Assembly (NCBI RefSeq): GCF_024125445.1
Contig: NZ_JAMXWM010000032.1
Span: 20,428 to 52,427, forward strand
Direction: 5' to 3'
Source: Sporolactobacillus shoreicorticis
GTDB lineage: Bacteria; Bacillota; Bacilli; Bacillales; Sporolactobacillaceae
DNA: 32,000 bases
Shown here: one piece after another, positions 22,068 through 30,549 of the stretch
Layout of the letters: every line of letters starts with the position of its first letter
Position numbering within the stretch: position 1 is the first letter of the stretch
Translations under genes and position numbers: made by a program
Notes under the pieces: generated by a model
Told to the model about the DNA's origin: nothing
The model's input: only the letters and a program-made list of their open reading frames with translations
Databases searched by the model: none

Positions 22068-24773
22068 TTAAGGGTTAAGCGCTTCGCTTCTTTGCCACAA
22101 GCGAAGGCGAATCCATTTGTCCAATTCAGCGATGAGCAGGATGGCGATACCCGCAACAGCGGCAATTCCCCATTCGAGCAATGTCAAAGGCTCTGTTTGA
22201 AAGGCTGTCTGCATAAAAGGCACGTAGATCAAAATCATTTGCAAGACAATCATAATGCCAATGATCAAAAAGGCTTTTTTATTACTGAAAAAGTCTTTTG
22301 ATAGCGCCAATGAGGAAGTGCGAATGTTAAACAGGTAAAAAATCTTGCTGAAAATAATAATATTGATCATCATTGTACTTGCTGTCATTTGATCGGCTCC
22401 TTGAATCAAGAGCCAATCATAAGACCACATGCTGATCACTGCCATCAGCACAGAAACATAGGTCATTTGAAAGATATCGTGCCGGTCCATGAGTCCGGAC
22501 CCCGTCTTCCTCGGCGGGCGCCGCATAATCCCGTCTTCAGCCGGTTCAAAGATGAAGGCAAACTGGATTGTGATGGCAGAGACCATGTTGATCCACAGTA
22601 ACTGTGTAGCCTGGAGCGGCATTTCTCTCTGCGCGATAATCGTAAAAGCGATAATCAGGCCTTCCGCAAAAGAAGTCGGTAATAAAAACAGAATACTCTT
22701 CTTGATATTCTCATAAATTCTCCGTCCTTCTTTTATGGCTACGGACATTGTGGCGAAATTATCATCAGCCAGAATCATATCGGCTGAGTCCTTTGCGACA
22801 TCTGTCCCTTTAATGCCCATTGCCACGCCAATTTCAGCTTTCTTTAGGGCCGGCGCGTCGTTGACCCCGTCACCGGTCATTGCGGTTACCTTATTGTTTG
22901 CCTGAAAGGCTTGGACAATGTCCAGTTTGTTTTCCGGAGTTGTCCGGGCAAAGACCTGATAATCAGGGACTGTTTTTGCTAAGTCTTCTTTAGAGAGTTT
23001 ATCCAATTCAGGTCCGGTAATTGTTTTGATCTCATCAGCTAGTCCAAGCTGCTGTCCAATCGCCTTGGCTGTCATCGGGTGATCTCCGGTAATCATTTTT
23101 ACTTGAACTCCGGAGCGGCGCATTTGTTTCAATGCCTCGATAACTTCTGTGCGTGGCGGATCAATAATACCTGCCATGCCAAGAAATTCAATTCCGTCGA
23201 ACAAATCTTCATGATTTACTGTGCGCTGGTTTCCCGGCACTTCTTTGTAGCCGACAGCCACAACGCGTTTTCCCTGTTTGGTTAATTTATCAATTCGGTT
23301 CTGCCACCATATTGCTGAGAATTCAGGGTTCCTTTGTTCTGCCATTTGAAAAAGTTTGTCCGGAGATCCCTTGACGAAGATATATCGCTTGCCATTTTCA
23401 GCTTGAGCCAACTTGGCGATGTAACGGTAATCTGAATCAAAAGGAATTCTGTCGATTTCATGAAACGCCGAAATCTGCTTTTTTCCGAAAGCTTTATGAT
23501 ACAGCGTCAGAAACGAACCGTCTGTCGGTTCGCCGTTTATCGTCCAGCGTCCTTCTTCTTCAAACAACTCGGTGTCGTTTGCCTCATATCCGGACGTCAG
23601 CAGCCAAAAGAGATCCTGATCTTGGGCCATATCCGCATTTTGTCCCGCTTTTAAAAGCTTTCCGTAAGGGGCATAGCCGGTTCCCGTAACGGTGTAGTCA
23701 TGATTGCGCGTGAAAATATCTTGGACAGTCATTTCATTTTTGGTCAGTGTGCCTGTTTTATCTGTAGCGATAATATCTACGGCTCCTAATGTTTCGACAG
23801 CCGGTAGGCTTTTTACTATGGTGTTTTTTTTCTTGGACATATCGCTGACACCCATTGCTAAAATCACTGACGTTGTGGCCGGAAGTCCTTCAGGGATTGA
23901 GCCGACAATCATCGTAACGATTGCCAGTGCGAGTACCGATAGCGAATAGATGTCCAGCCACATTCCGAAGAAAAACAATCCGACTGCGACAAAGATGATT
24001 ACTAGAGACAGGTTCTTGCCTAGTCGATCAATTTCCCGCATCAACGGTGTTTTGGAGGCGGCTACCTTGTTTACTTCTTCTGATATTTTTCCAATTTCTG
24101 TTTGTTCTGCCGTTGCGACAACGATTCCTGTCCCGCTTCCATTGGTTACAGCTGTTGAGGCGTAAGCCATATTTAATCGTTCAGCCAGTGGGGTCGCTTG
24201 ATTGGAAATCTCGATTGCTCTTTTGTGAACAGAGTCGGCCTCCCCCGTTAACGAAGACTCTTCGACTCGTAAATTGTCACTGTCGATGATTCGCAAATCC
24301 GCAGGCACATGGTCTCCGGCTTCTAAATAAACAAGATCCCCGGGTACAAGTTCTTCGGCAGGAATATCGATTCTGTGCCCTTCGCGTATCGCTGTGGCGT
24401 TAACGGATAACATACTTTTGATTTTTTCCAGCGAATCCGAGGCGTTTGCTTCTTGATAATAGCCGATGTAGGCATTAATCACGACGACTAATCCGATAAT
24501 GACTGCGTCTGAGTAATGGCCCATGTACAACGTGAGTAAGGCAGCGACGATCAAAATATAAATGATCATATTGTTGAATTGACGGGCAAATAATTTCCAT
24601 TTAGGTGTTTGTTCTGCTCGTAAACGGTTTGGACCGTATTTATTTAGCCGTTCTTGTACTTCTTTGTCATCCAGACCATTGGGAAATGGTTCGGTTTTAA
24701 AATATTTCTTTATTTCTTTCTCACCCATCATAAAGAATTGCTCAGTTTGGAGCGTTTTTTTCATTTTTTCCAT
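22068..24773 (-). CDS. Cation-translocating P-type ATPase, P2 (Ca2+-ATPase-like) subfamily
   Basis: The ORF track extends to GTG 24929, but ATG 24773 (MEKMKKTLQ..) has SD GAAGGAA 8 nt upstream, and the extension has no ATPase-like sequence. Motifs: GL.D.EV..RL..YGPN.L, LTGEA, SIPEGLPA (TM4), DKTGTLT, KGSP, MITGDH and TGDGVNDAPALKKA. Substrate assignment is tentative. Confidence 0.88.
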   Translation of the reverse strand: MEKMKKTLQTEQFFMMGEKEIKKYFKTEPFPNGLDDKEVQERLNKYGPNRLRAEQTPKWKLFARQFNNMIIYILIVAALLTLYMGHYSDAVIIGLVVVINAYIGYYQEANASDSLEKIKSMLSVNATAIREGHRIDIPAEELVPGDLVYLEAGDHVPADLRIIDSDNLRVEESSLTGEADSVHKRAIEISNQATPLAERLNMAYASTAVTNGSGTGIVVATAEQTEIGKISEEVNKVAASKTPLMREIDRLGKNLSLVIIFVAVGLFFFGMWLDIYSLSVLALAIVTMIVGSIPEGLPATTSVILAMGVSDMSKKKNTIVKSLPAVETLGAVDIIATDKTGTLTKNEMTVQDIFTRNHDYTVTGTGYAPYGKLLKAGQNADMAQDQDLFWLLTSGYEANDTELFEEEGRWTINGEPTDGSFLTLYHKAFGKKQISAFHEIDRIPFDSDYRYIAKLAQAENGKRYIFVKGSPDKLFQMAEQRNPEFSAIWWQNRIDKLTKQGKRVVAVGYKEVPGNQRTVNHEDLFDGIEFLGMAGIIDPPRTEVIEALKQMRRSGVQVKMITGDHPMTAKAIGQQLGLADEIKTITGPELDKLSKEDLAKTVPDYQVFARTTPENKLDIVQAFQANNKVTAMTGDGVNDAPALKKAEIGVAMGIKGTDVAKDSADMILADDNFATMSVAIKEGRRIYENIKKSILFLLPTSFAEGLIIAFTIIAQREMPLQATQLLWINMVSAITIQFAFIFEPAEDGIMRRPPRKTGSGLMDRHDIFQMTYVSVLMAVISMWSYDWLLIQGADQMTASTMMINIIIFSKIFYLFNIRTSSLALSKDFFSNKKAFLIIGIMIVLQMILIYVPFMQTAFQTEPLTLLEWGIAAVAGIAILLIAELDKWIRLRLWQRSEALNP

Positions 24774-24855
24774 AAGATGATTCCTTCTTTCTTCGTCCAT
24801 TTTTGACCAACGACAAAAAGACAGCTTTAACCTAGAATGTACTAAGCAAACCTGT

Positions 24856-25011
24856 TTACTCGCGTAGGGAATATAATGGTGTACGAACGAAAGAAGCCTC
24901 TGTTTGAGGAAAAAAGTTCTTATGGTCACTCGCCTCAGGAGGGTCTTCGTCTTCCGGAGTCACATGATTAGTGATTTGATGACTTTCGCCGCCTTCATTT
25001 GCGGTGTTCAA
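24856..25011 (-). CDS. Possible 51-aa leader ORF upstream of the P-type ATPase
   Basis: TTG at 25011 lies 8 nt after a strong SD GGAGGTGA. Translation: MNTANEGGESHQITNHVTPEDEDPPEASDHKNFFPQTEASFVRTPLYSLRE. It is acidic, has no TM segment and recalls no known family. It ends 82 nt before the ATPase start. Confidence 0.3.
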   Translation of the reverse strand: MNTANEGGESHQITNHVTPEDEDPPEASDHKNFFPQTEASFVRTPLYSLRE

Positions 25012-25043
25012 ATTGCGCTCACCTCCAGTTTCGTCATAATTTA

Positions 25044-25072
25044 AAGATACAGTAGTTTATTTATACTGTCAA
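25044..25072 (-). promoter_or_regulatory. Possible internal promoter in the ATPase leader
   Basis: Minus strand: TTGACA (25072-25067), 17-nt spacer, TATCTT (25049-25044). Confidence 0.35.
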
Positions 25073-25136
25073 AATAGGAAGAGAACTTTCATGATTTGTT
25101 TCACTTGGTGATTTTCCGGAAAAAAATTGAATTAAT

Positions 25137-25164
25137 ACTACAAGTTAAATGTGAATTAAAACAA
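25137..25164 (-). promoter_or_regulatory. Putative promoter, copy 2 of the duplicated cassette (25130-25166), upstream of the ATPase leader
   Basis: Minus strand: TTGTTT, 16-nt spacer, TGTAGT. The 37-nt block is nearly identical to 21779-21816 (one substitution, one 1-nt indel). Confidence 0.45.
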
Positions 25165-25192
25165 GACCCAGCTTCCTGCAACTTTAAACCGA

Positions 25193-26074
25193 TTAAAAGT
25201 TTCCCTGAGTAAGCAGATGTATGATTTGCTGCTGCAATGAAGTCAGGAGGTGGTTGGAGCGATAAACAAGCTGGATTAAAAATTCAGGCTGCGGCTGATT
25301 TTTTAACGTTAATACGGCGACCGGGTCCTGAGGCAGAAGCGCAGTTTCACTGAGCAGACTGATACCGACACCACTGGAAACCATGCCCTTAATAATTTGC
25401 ACATCATTCGTTTGATAGATGATAGCCGGTTTGATTTGTGCCTGCTCGCTGAACTGGCGGAAGGCAATCGAATGCACGAACCGTTCATTGAGTTGGATAA
25501 AGGATTCGTTCTTCAGATCTTGAAACGCAACTGAGCCTGCTTGCGCTAAGGGATGGCTTGAACTGACAATTATTTTAAATTCTTTTCTTGCCAGTAAATG
25601 GACGGTGAGTTGTGCGTCTTTAATAGGCTGGGTAGAGCTTAAAAGAGCTAAATCCAGTTTCCCATTTTTTAATTGGTTTAAAAGTGACTTTGAGCCATCT
25701 TCGCAAGTATCTAGATGAGAAAGCCAATTCTTTTCTGAAAGTTTTGCTGAGAGAGCAGGAAAAAATGAACTGCCGATAATGGGGGGAAGTCCCAAGCGAA
25801 CACGTTCTTGTTTGATTGCCGTGATTTCCAATTGAGCCGCTCTAAGTTCCCGCAAGATTTGAGTGACATGCTTTTCGAATTGTCTGCCGCTTTCTGTAAA
25901 AATCAACTCTTTATGCGATTGATCACGAATGATCAGCTGCACATCCAGCTCTTTTTCAAGTCGCTGAACGGCTGCCGTGATGGTGGGCTGACTGACTTTA
26001 AACAACTGAGCGACCTTTGTGAAATTTTTTTCTCGAAACAGCTGTTTAAAATAATTGAGATCTCGTATATTCAC
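25193..26074 (-). CDS. LysR-family transcriptional regulator
   Basis: HTH NIRDLNYFKQLFREKNFTKVAQLFKVSQPTITAAVQRLEKEL, followed by a LysR substrate-binding domain. The ORF track starts at TTG 26101. GTG 26074 (VNIRDL..) fits the usual LysR N-terminus better, so the start is uncertain. Confidence 0.85.
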   Translation of the reverse strand: MNIRDLNYFKQLFREKNFTKVAQLFKVSQPTITAAVQRLEKELDVQLIIRDQSHKELIFTESGRQFEKHVTQILRELRAAQLEITAIKQERVRLGLPPIIGSSFFPALSAKLSEKNWLSHLDTCEDGSKSLLNQLKNGKLDLALLSSTQPIKDAQLTVHLLARKEFKIIVSSSHPLAQAGSVAFQDLKNESFIQLNERFVHSIAFRQFSEQAQIKPAIIYQTNDVQIIKGMVSSGVGISLLSETALLPQDPVAVLTLKNQPQPEFLIQLVYRSNHLLTSLQQQIIHLLTQGNF

Positions 26075-26398
26075 CTGTAATTCCGCCTCGCTTGCTATCA
26101 ACTTGTCCTATTTTCTAGTTTACCATCCCATGAATTATTTTGTCGCTGCTGTTTTGTTTGATTTGATACTCAGATTTATATAAATCAAGAAGTAGACGGA
26201 TGAGAACATACGATCTATAATGGAAACAACGAATATCTCCAGATGACCCATTTTTATTGTTTTTCCGAACCTGATTTTCCCGCTTTAATTAATCTTCTAT
26301 GCTTGCCATTCATTTTTCAATCATTTTCTTAATGCTCAGATGTTCATCTTTTTTCATCGTCTATTTAAATTCCAAATGAACAAAGGAGTGAGCTTACC

Positions 26399-26847
26399 TT
26401 GGCTTTACTAATTTATGTGAAAATACCTTTGCTGCGGACGTTCTGCGATTAAATTTAATTATTACAAAGCGGACGAGCGATATATCTATTGCCTGCGTTG
26501 CGGTTATAATTACAGCAAAATCATTGAACGAGAGACAAAGAGTATTGACGATCAGGAAGAAAAGTATGATGGGAACGGTGTCTTTGTTCTGGTTAATAAA
26601 GACGGAAGTCATAAAAGTATGCTGCTGAATGAGGCATGATCTTTTAGAAGAGCATAAGGCGTTATTCGATGATACGATCGACCGGAATAACAGCTACTTA
26701 GTTTCTTATAGTAGAGACGGAATATTTACCGTTTTAGGCGGCAATCCACCTGAAAATTTTTACTTGTCCTTTGAAGACTACAAGAAAAAAGTGTGTGCGA
26801 AGTATGGAGTATCCGAATCTGATTTTATGGTTCCTGTTGAAGAATAG
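26399..26847 (+). pseudogene. Hypothetical ~150-aa protein (zinc-ribbon-like N-terminal half) apparently broken by two +1 frameshifts
   Basis: SD AAGGAG lies 9 nt before TTG 26399, which gives only MALLIYVKIPLLRTFCD*. The +1 frame from 26421 reads KYLCCGRSAIKFNYYKADERYIYCLRCGYNYSKIIERETKSIDDQEEKYDGNGVFVLVNKDGSHKSMLLNEA*. The next +1 frame (26629-26847) continues protein-like but has no SD of its own. Confidence 0.35.
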
Positions 26848-26863
26848 AGAAAATAACGAAGCA

Positions 26864-26889
26864 GTCCGTACCTTCTGAAGGGTACGGAC
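26864..26889. terminator. Bidirectional hairpin terminator (the frameshifted gene and nrdG converge here)
   Basis: 9-bp stem GTCCGTACC / GGTACGGAC with an 8-nt loop, between the two convergent gene ends. Confidence 0.6.
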
Positions 26890-26907
26890 CGCTTGGAAGT
26901 AGACTAT

Positions 26908-27495
26908 TTATTTTACAAGCCGATCCCAGATTACGACTTGTCCGCTTTTCAGCGTTTTTTGAACATCAATGATGCGCTGGTTGGCGCTGCCGCGAAATTG
27001 CAAGGTCAAATCTTTCTGAGAAAGTTCGAAGCGGCCGTCAACCAAAATGTCGATTTTTGAAAGAAGTTCGCGTTTGTCGTCCGAGTCCCGCTGCAGCTCG
27101 TCCCACGTATAGCCGGTCCAAGACCAAATGTCTTTGGTACGGCCATATTCGCGGCGAACTCGATTCACCAGAGAGAGACATACTCCCGTGTTTAAAAATG
27201 GTTCTCCGCCGAGAAGTGTCAGTCCCTGAACGTAGGGTTGACCGATATCCTCAACAATCCGATCTTCTAAATCCTTGGTGTACGGCTGGCCGTAGCGGAA
27301 ATTCTGAGCTGCTTTATTGTAGCATCCGGGACAGTCAAAGGGACAGCCGCTGACATAGAGACTGCAGCGCACGCCTTCGCCATCGACAAAATTGAACGGT
27401 TTATAGCTGGCAATATAGTTCTGACTTAATTTTTCGGCCAGCCATGTCTTCGGATTCGGATTTCGCGGTCTTGTTCTTTCTGTATTTTTGACCAT
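26908..27495 (-). CDS. nrdG: Anaerobic ribonucleoside-triphosphate reductase activating protein (radical SAM)
   Basis: The ORF track starts at 27543, inside nrdD. ATG 27495 (MVKNTER..) follows AGGATGGAG and lies 13 nt after the nrdD stop. Motifs F.DGEG.R..LYVSGC.F.C.GC.N (radical-SAM Cys cluster) and LLGGEP. Confidence 0.88.
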   Translation of the reverse strand: MVKNTERTRPRNPNPKTWLAEKLSQNYIASYKPFNFVDGEGVRCSLYVSGCPFDCPGCYNKAAQNFRYGQPYTKDLEDRIVEDIGQPYVQGLTLLGGEPFLNTGVCLSLVNRVRREYGRTKDIWSWTGYTWDELQRDSDDKRELLSKIDILVDGRFELSQKDLTLQFRGSANQRIIDVQKTLKSGQVVIWDRLVK

Positions 27496-27508
27496 CAGAC
27501 TCCATCCT

Positions 27509-29719
27509 TTATTGTCGAGCGATTGTGTTGCTGTCATTGCCAAACGCTATATGTTTCACCCGCGATGCGATTTCGACGTGGCGGCCGTGAATCATCGGAC
27601 GCTGCTGCGGATTTCCTAAGTAGCCGCATGTGCGTTTCACAACGTCGCAAGTTTGTGGATCGTTGTTGCCGCATTCCGGACACTCAAAACCGCGTTCCGT
27701 CGGTTTGAATTCACCCTTGAACCCGCATTTAAAGCATTGATCGATTGGTGTATTGGTGCCTAAATAACCAACACGATCATAAGCATAATCCCAAACGGCC
27801 TCAAGCGCCTTCGGATTTTGTTTCAGATTCGGATACTCGCAGTAATGAATGAACCCGCCGGCGCAGTAAGGCGGAAAATCTTTTTCAAAATCTAATTTTT
27901 CAAACGGTGTCGGTGCTTTTCGAACATCATAGTGAAAACTGTTTGTATAGTACTCTTTATCGGTAATATCCTTTACCTTGCCGAACTTTTCGGTATCTTT
28001 ACGGCAGAACTTGTCTGTCAGACTCTCGCTTGGCGTACTGTACACGCTGAAATGATAGCCATACTCATCTTCCCAGTTCTGGCAGTGCTCCCAAAGCTCT
28101 TTTACGACGCTGACCGCGAAATCCTTCGCTTCCGGATTGGTTTCCCATGCGCTGCCGTAAAAAACAGTGCCTACTTCATAAAGTCCGATGTAACCAAGTG
28201 ATACGGTGGCCCGGGAATTTTTGAATAGCTCATCGACGGAGTCTGTTCGCTTTAATCGTTTACCGAAAGCTCCGTACTGGTAAAGGATCGGCGCATTTTC
28301 CGGTGTTGCCTGCTTGGCACGCTCCACTTTAAAGACCAAAGCTTCTTTGCAGATCTGCAGTCGTTCCTCGAGAATTTTCCAGAAGGTTTCCTTGTTTCCC
28401 TTTGATTCCATGGCAATGCGGGGCAAATTAACGGTGACAACGCCCAGATTCATGCGTCCGGAGTTGACTTCCCTGCCATTTTCATCCCACCAGCCTTGAA
28501 GGAAGGAACGGCAGCCCATCGGTGCTTTAAAGCTTCCCGTCAACTCAATCAGTTTGTCATACATCAGCACATCCGGATACATCCGTTTGGTTGCACATTC
28601 TATGGCGAGCTGCTTAATATCGTAATTGGAATCTTCAGGATTAAGGTTGAGCCCTCGTTTTAAGCTGAACACCAGTTTAGGAAAAATTGCGGTGCGGTGC
28701 TCTTTTCCTAAACCGTCAATGCGAATGCGCAGAATCGCTTTTTGAATGGCGCGTTCAATCCAATTCGTCCCCAGTCCGAATCCTAAAGTCGTAAAAGGAG
28801 TCTGTCCCTGAGAGGAGTACAGCGTATTAATTTCATACTCCAACGCTTGCATGGCGTCATAGATGTCTTTTTTTGTTTTCTTACGAGCAAAAGCTTGCTG
28901 ACGCTCTTCACCCTCGACCCACTCTTTGGCATCAGCCAAGTGCTTGTCATAATTTTTTTTCGCGAAAGGAGCGAGAAGCTCGTCCACGCGGTCGGCAGAG
29001 CATCCGCCGTATTGGCTGGAGGCAACGTTGGCGATGATTTGCGCCATTTGGGCTGTTGCTGTCTGGATCGAGTGTGGCGGTTCGACATCGGCATTACCAA
29101 TTTTAAAACCGTGATTGAGCATTTCATTAAAGTCGATCAAGCAGCAATTGGTCATCGGACTATAGGGTTGATAATCTAAATCATGCCAGTGAATCTCGCC
29201 TTTTAGTTGAGCATTCGCTACCTTCGGCGGCAGCATCTTCAATCCAATCGCCTTGGCGACAGTACCTGCCGTCAAATCTCTTTGCGTGTTAAATACTTGG
29301 CTGTCCTTATTCGCATTTTCGTTCACAATGGTTTTGTCTTTATGCAGCAATTTGCGAATCGTGAAGTTGATATCGGTTGCCTGATTGCGCGAAAAATCAC
29401 GCTGCGTCCGATAATTAATGTATTCCTGGGCAATGTCATACTGGTGATGCGTCAGCAGCGTCTGTTCGACGATATTCTGAATCTCGTAAATTTTAACGTC
29501 TTTGTGGAAACGTGATTCGATTTCAGCGACGACATCATCTGTAATCTCGTTGATTAATTGATAGGTCAACGGATCTAATTCGCCGAGAACATGTTTCGCT
29601 GCTTTTAGCAGAGCCGTTGTGATCTTCTCGGTGTTAAAATCTATAATGCGGCCATCACGCTTCAGTACGCTGATTGCCAGTTGGTTGGTTGCCTGTTTTT
29701 GTTTTGTCTCTAGCATCAT
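27509..29719 (-). CDS. nrdD: Anaerobic ribonucleoside-triphosphate reductase (class III, glycyl radical enzyme)
   Basis: 736 aa. N-terminal ATP-cone (VLKRDGRIIDFNTEKI), a C-terminal Zn-ribbon (C.KCG...C..CG) and the glycyl-radical motif RTCGYLG. Confidence 0.93.
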   Translation of the reverse strand: MMLETKQKQATNQLAISVLKRDGRIIDFNTEKITTALLKAAKHVLGELDPLTYQLINEITDDVVAEIESRFHKDVKIYEIQNIVEQTLLTHHQYDIAQEYINYRTQRDFSRNQATDINFTIRKLLHKDKTIVNENANKDSQVFNTQRDLTAGTVAKAIGLKMLPPKVANAQLKGEIHWHDLDYQPYSPMTNCCLIDFNEMLNHGFKIGNADVEPPHSIQTATAQMAQIIANVASSQYGGCSADRVDELLAPFAKKNYDKHLADAKEWVEGEERQQAFARKKTKKDIYDAMQALEYEINTLYSSQGQTPFTTLGFGLGTNWIERAIQKAILRIRIDGLGKEHRTAIFPKLVFSLKRGLNLNPEDSNYDIKQLAIECATKRMYPDVLMYDKLIELTGSFKAPMGCRSFLQGWWDENGREVNSGRMNLGVVTVNLPRIAMESKGNKETFWKILEERLQICKEALVFKVERAKQATPENAPILYQYGAFGKRLKRTDSVDELFKNSRATVSLGYIGLYEVGTVFYGSAWETNPEAKDFAVSVVKELWEHCQNWEDEYGYHFSVYSTPSESLTDKFCRKDTEKFGKVKDITDKEYYTNSFHYDVRKAPTPFEKLDFEKDFPPYCAGGFIHYCEYPNLKQNPKALEAVWDYAYDRVGYLGTNTPIDQCFKCGFKGEFKPTERGFECPECGNNDPQTCDVVKRTCGYLGNPQQRPMIHGRHVEIASRVKHIAFGNDSNTIARQ

Positions 29720-29777
29720 GAGTGCCCCCTTTTGAACAAGTACTCAATCTATAATAGGGGATCGCTTGAAATGTTTC

Positions 29778-29793
29778 AATCAAGATATGGGGA
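29778..29793 (-). promoter_or_regulatory. Weak second NrdR-box-like site
   Basis: The minus strand reads TCCCCATATCTTGATT, about 10 of 16 matches to ACACwATATaTwGTGT. Its centre is 42 bp from the stronger box. Confidence 0.3.
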
Positions 29794-29819
29794 ATAAAAC
29801 TCTAAAAATCGCATGAAAA

Positions 29820-29835
29820 GTACTATATATTGTAT
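29820..29835 (-). promoter_or_regulatory. NrdR box upstream of nrdDG
   Basis: The minus strand reads ATACAATATATAGTAC, 13 of 16 matches to the NrdR-box consensus ACACwATATaTwGTGT. It lies about 100 nt upstream of the nrdD start. Confidence 0.55.
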
Positions 29836-30017
29836 TGTGGCGGGAAAAAACCAATTTGTGACAAGCCTGTGAAAGATATAGCGAAGATGGATTAAGCCGT
29901 ATAGTATAATAATACTAGAAAAAATAAATAGTTACAGTGACGATGCGTTTCGTTATAATTTAATTAATGATCACATCACGTACCGTGCACCAGATTAAAT
30001 TGAGCAGGTGACGATTA

Positions 30018-30284
30018 GTGGAATCGCAGCAAAACCAAGTGAACGGCAAAGCTATTGCAGGAATGGTCTTGGGGATTACGGCAATAATCATTCCCTACGC
30101 AGGATTTATTTTAGGGATTTTAGGCATTATTTTTTCCATAAAAGCAATGAATGAGATTGAGCAATATGGGCAGCAGGGCAGAGGCTTGGCCATCACTGGT
30201 TTAGTGACAAGTATCATCAGTATATCCATCTATGCTTTAATTATATTATTTTTTGTCATCGTTGGCGTATTTGTGACAGCATAA
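30018..30284 (+). CDS. Small membrane protein, DUF4190-like (two TM helices)
   Basis: 88 aa, GTG start 6 nt after AGGTGA. KAIAGMVLGITAIIIPYAGFILGILGIIFSIKA...GR.LAITGLV fits the DUF4190 pattern. A strong terminator follows. Confidence 0.7.
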   Translation: MESQQNQVNGKAIAGMVLGITAIIIPYAGFILGILGIIFSIKAMNEIEQYGQQGRGLAITGLVTSIISISIYALIILFFVIVGVFVTA

Positions 30285-30302
30285 AGGTAGTTCTCAATGA
30301 AA

Positions 30303-30342
30303 TGAAACATCCCTCCTTTTAGGGAGGGATGTTTCATTTTTT
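30303..30342 (+). terminator. Rho-independent terminator
   Basis: Perfect 14-bp stem TGAAACATCCCTCC / GGAGGGATGTTTCA, 5-nt loop, then TTTTTT. Confidence 0.85.
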
Positions 30343-30549
30343 AATCGGGTCAAAGCAGATTGCCGGTTCTTTAGAAGGTATTTTCACATCATTTTGTCAA
30401 CCGTTTGACATATTTGTCTCTTGAAAAAGTATCCATACGGCGTAAAAATGTATGTAATTGAACAAAATGCCACACGGTTCGAAGCATATGAATAAAAAGA
30501 AAAATAAATGCTGCGTAGCTTGTGAATCACTGTTCTTTTCAGGAGGCTT

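Noticed and set aside
24774-24929. The 5' extension of the P-type ATPase ORF (GTG 24929, MTIRTFFLKQRLLSF...).
   Set aside because: There is no SD, the extension does not resemble an ATPase N-terminus, and it overlaps the separately framed leader ORF. ATG 24773 has a proper SD and gives a typical N-terminus.
24774-25166. A metal-sensing riboswitch (M-box or yybP-ykoY) in the long ATPase leader.
   Set aside because: I could not find the conserved cores of either class by eye on the minus strand. This needs an Infernal scan to settle, so it is not called.
26394-26612. A 72-aa minus-strand ORF (MTSVFINQNKDTVPIILFF...).
   Set aside because: It is antisense to the more protein-like plus-strand frames (the zinc-ribbon-like segment), and there is no SD upstream of its start.
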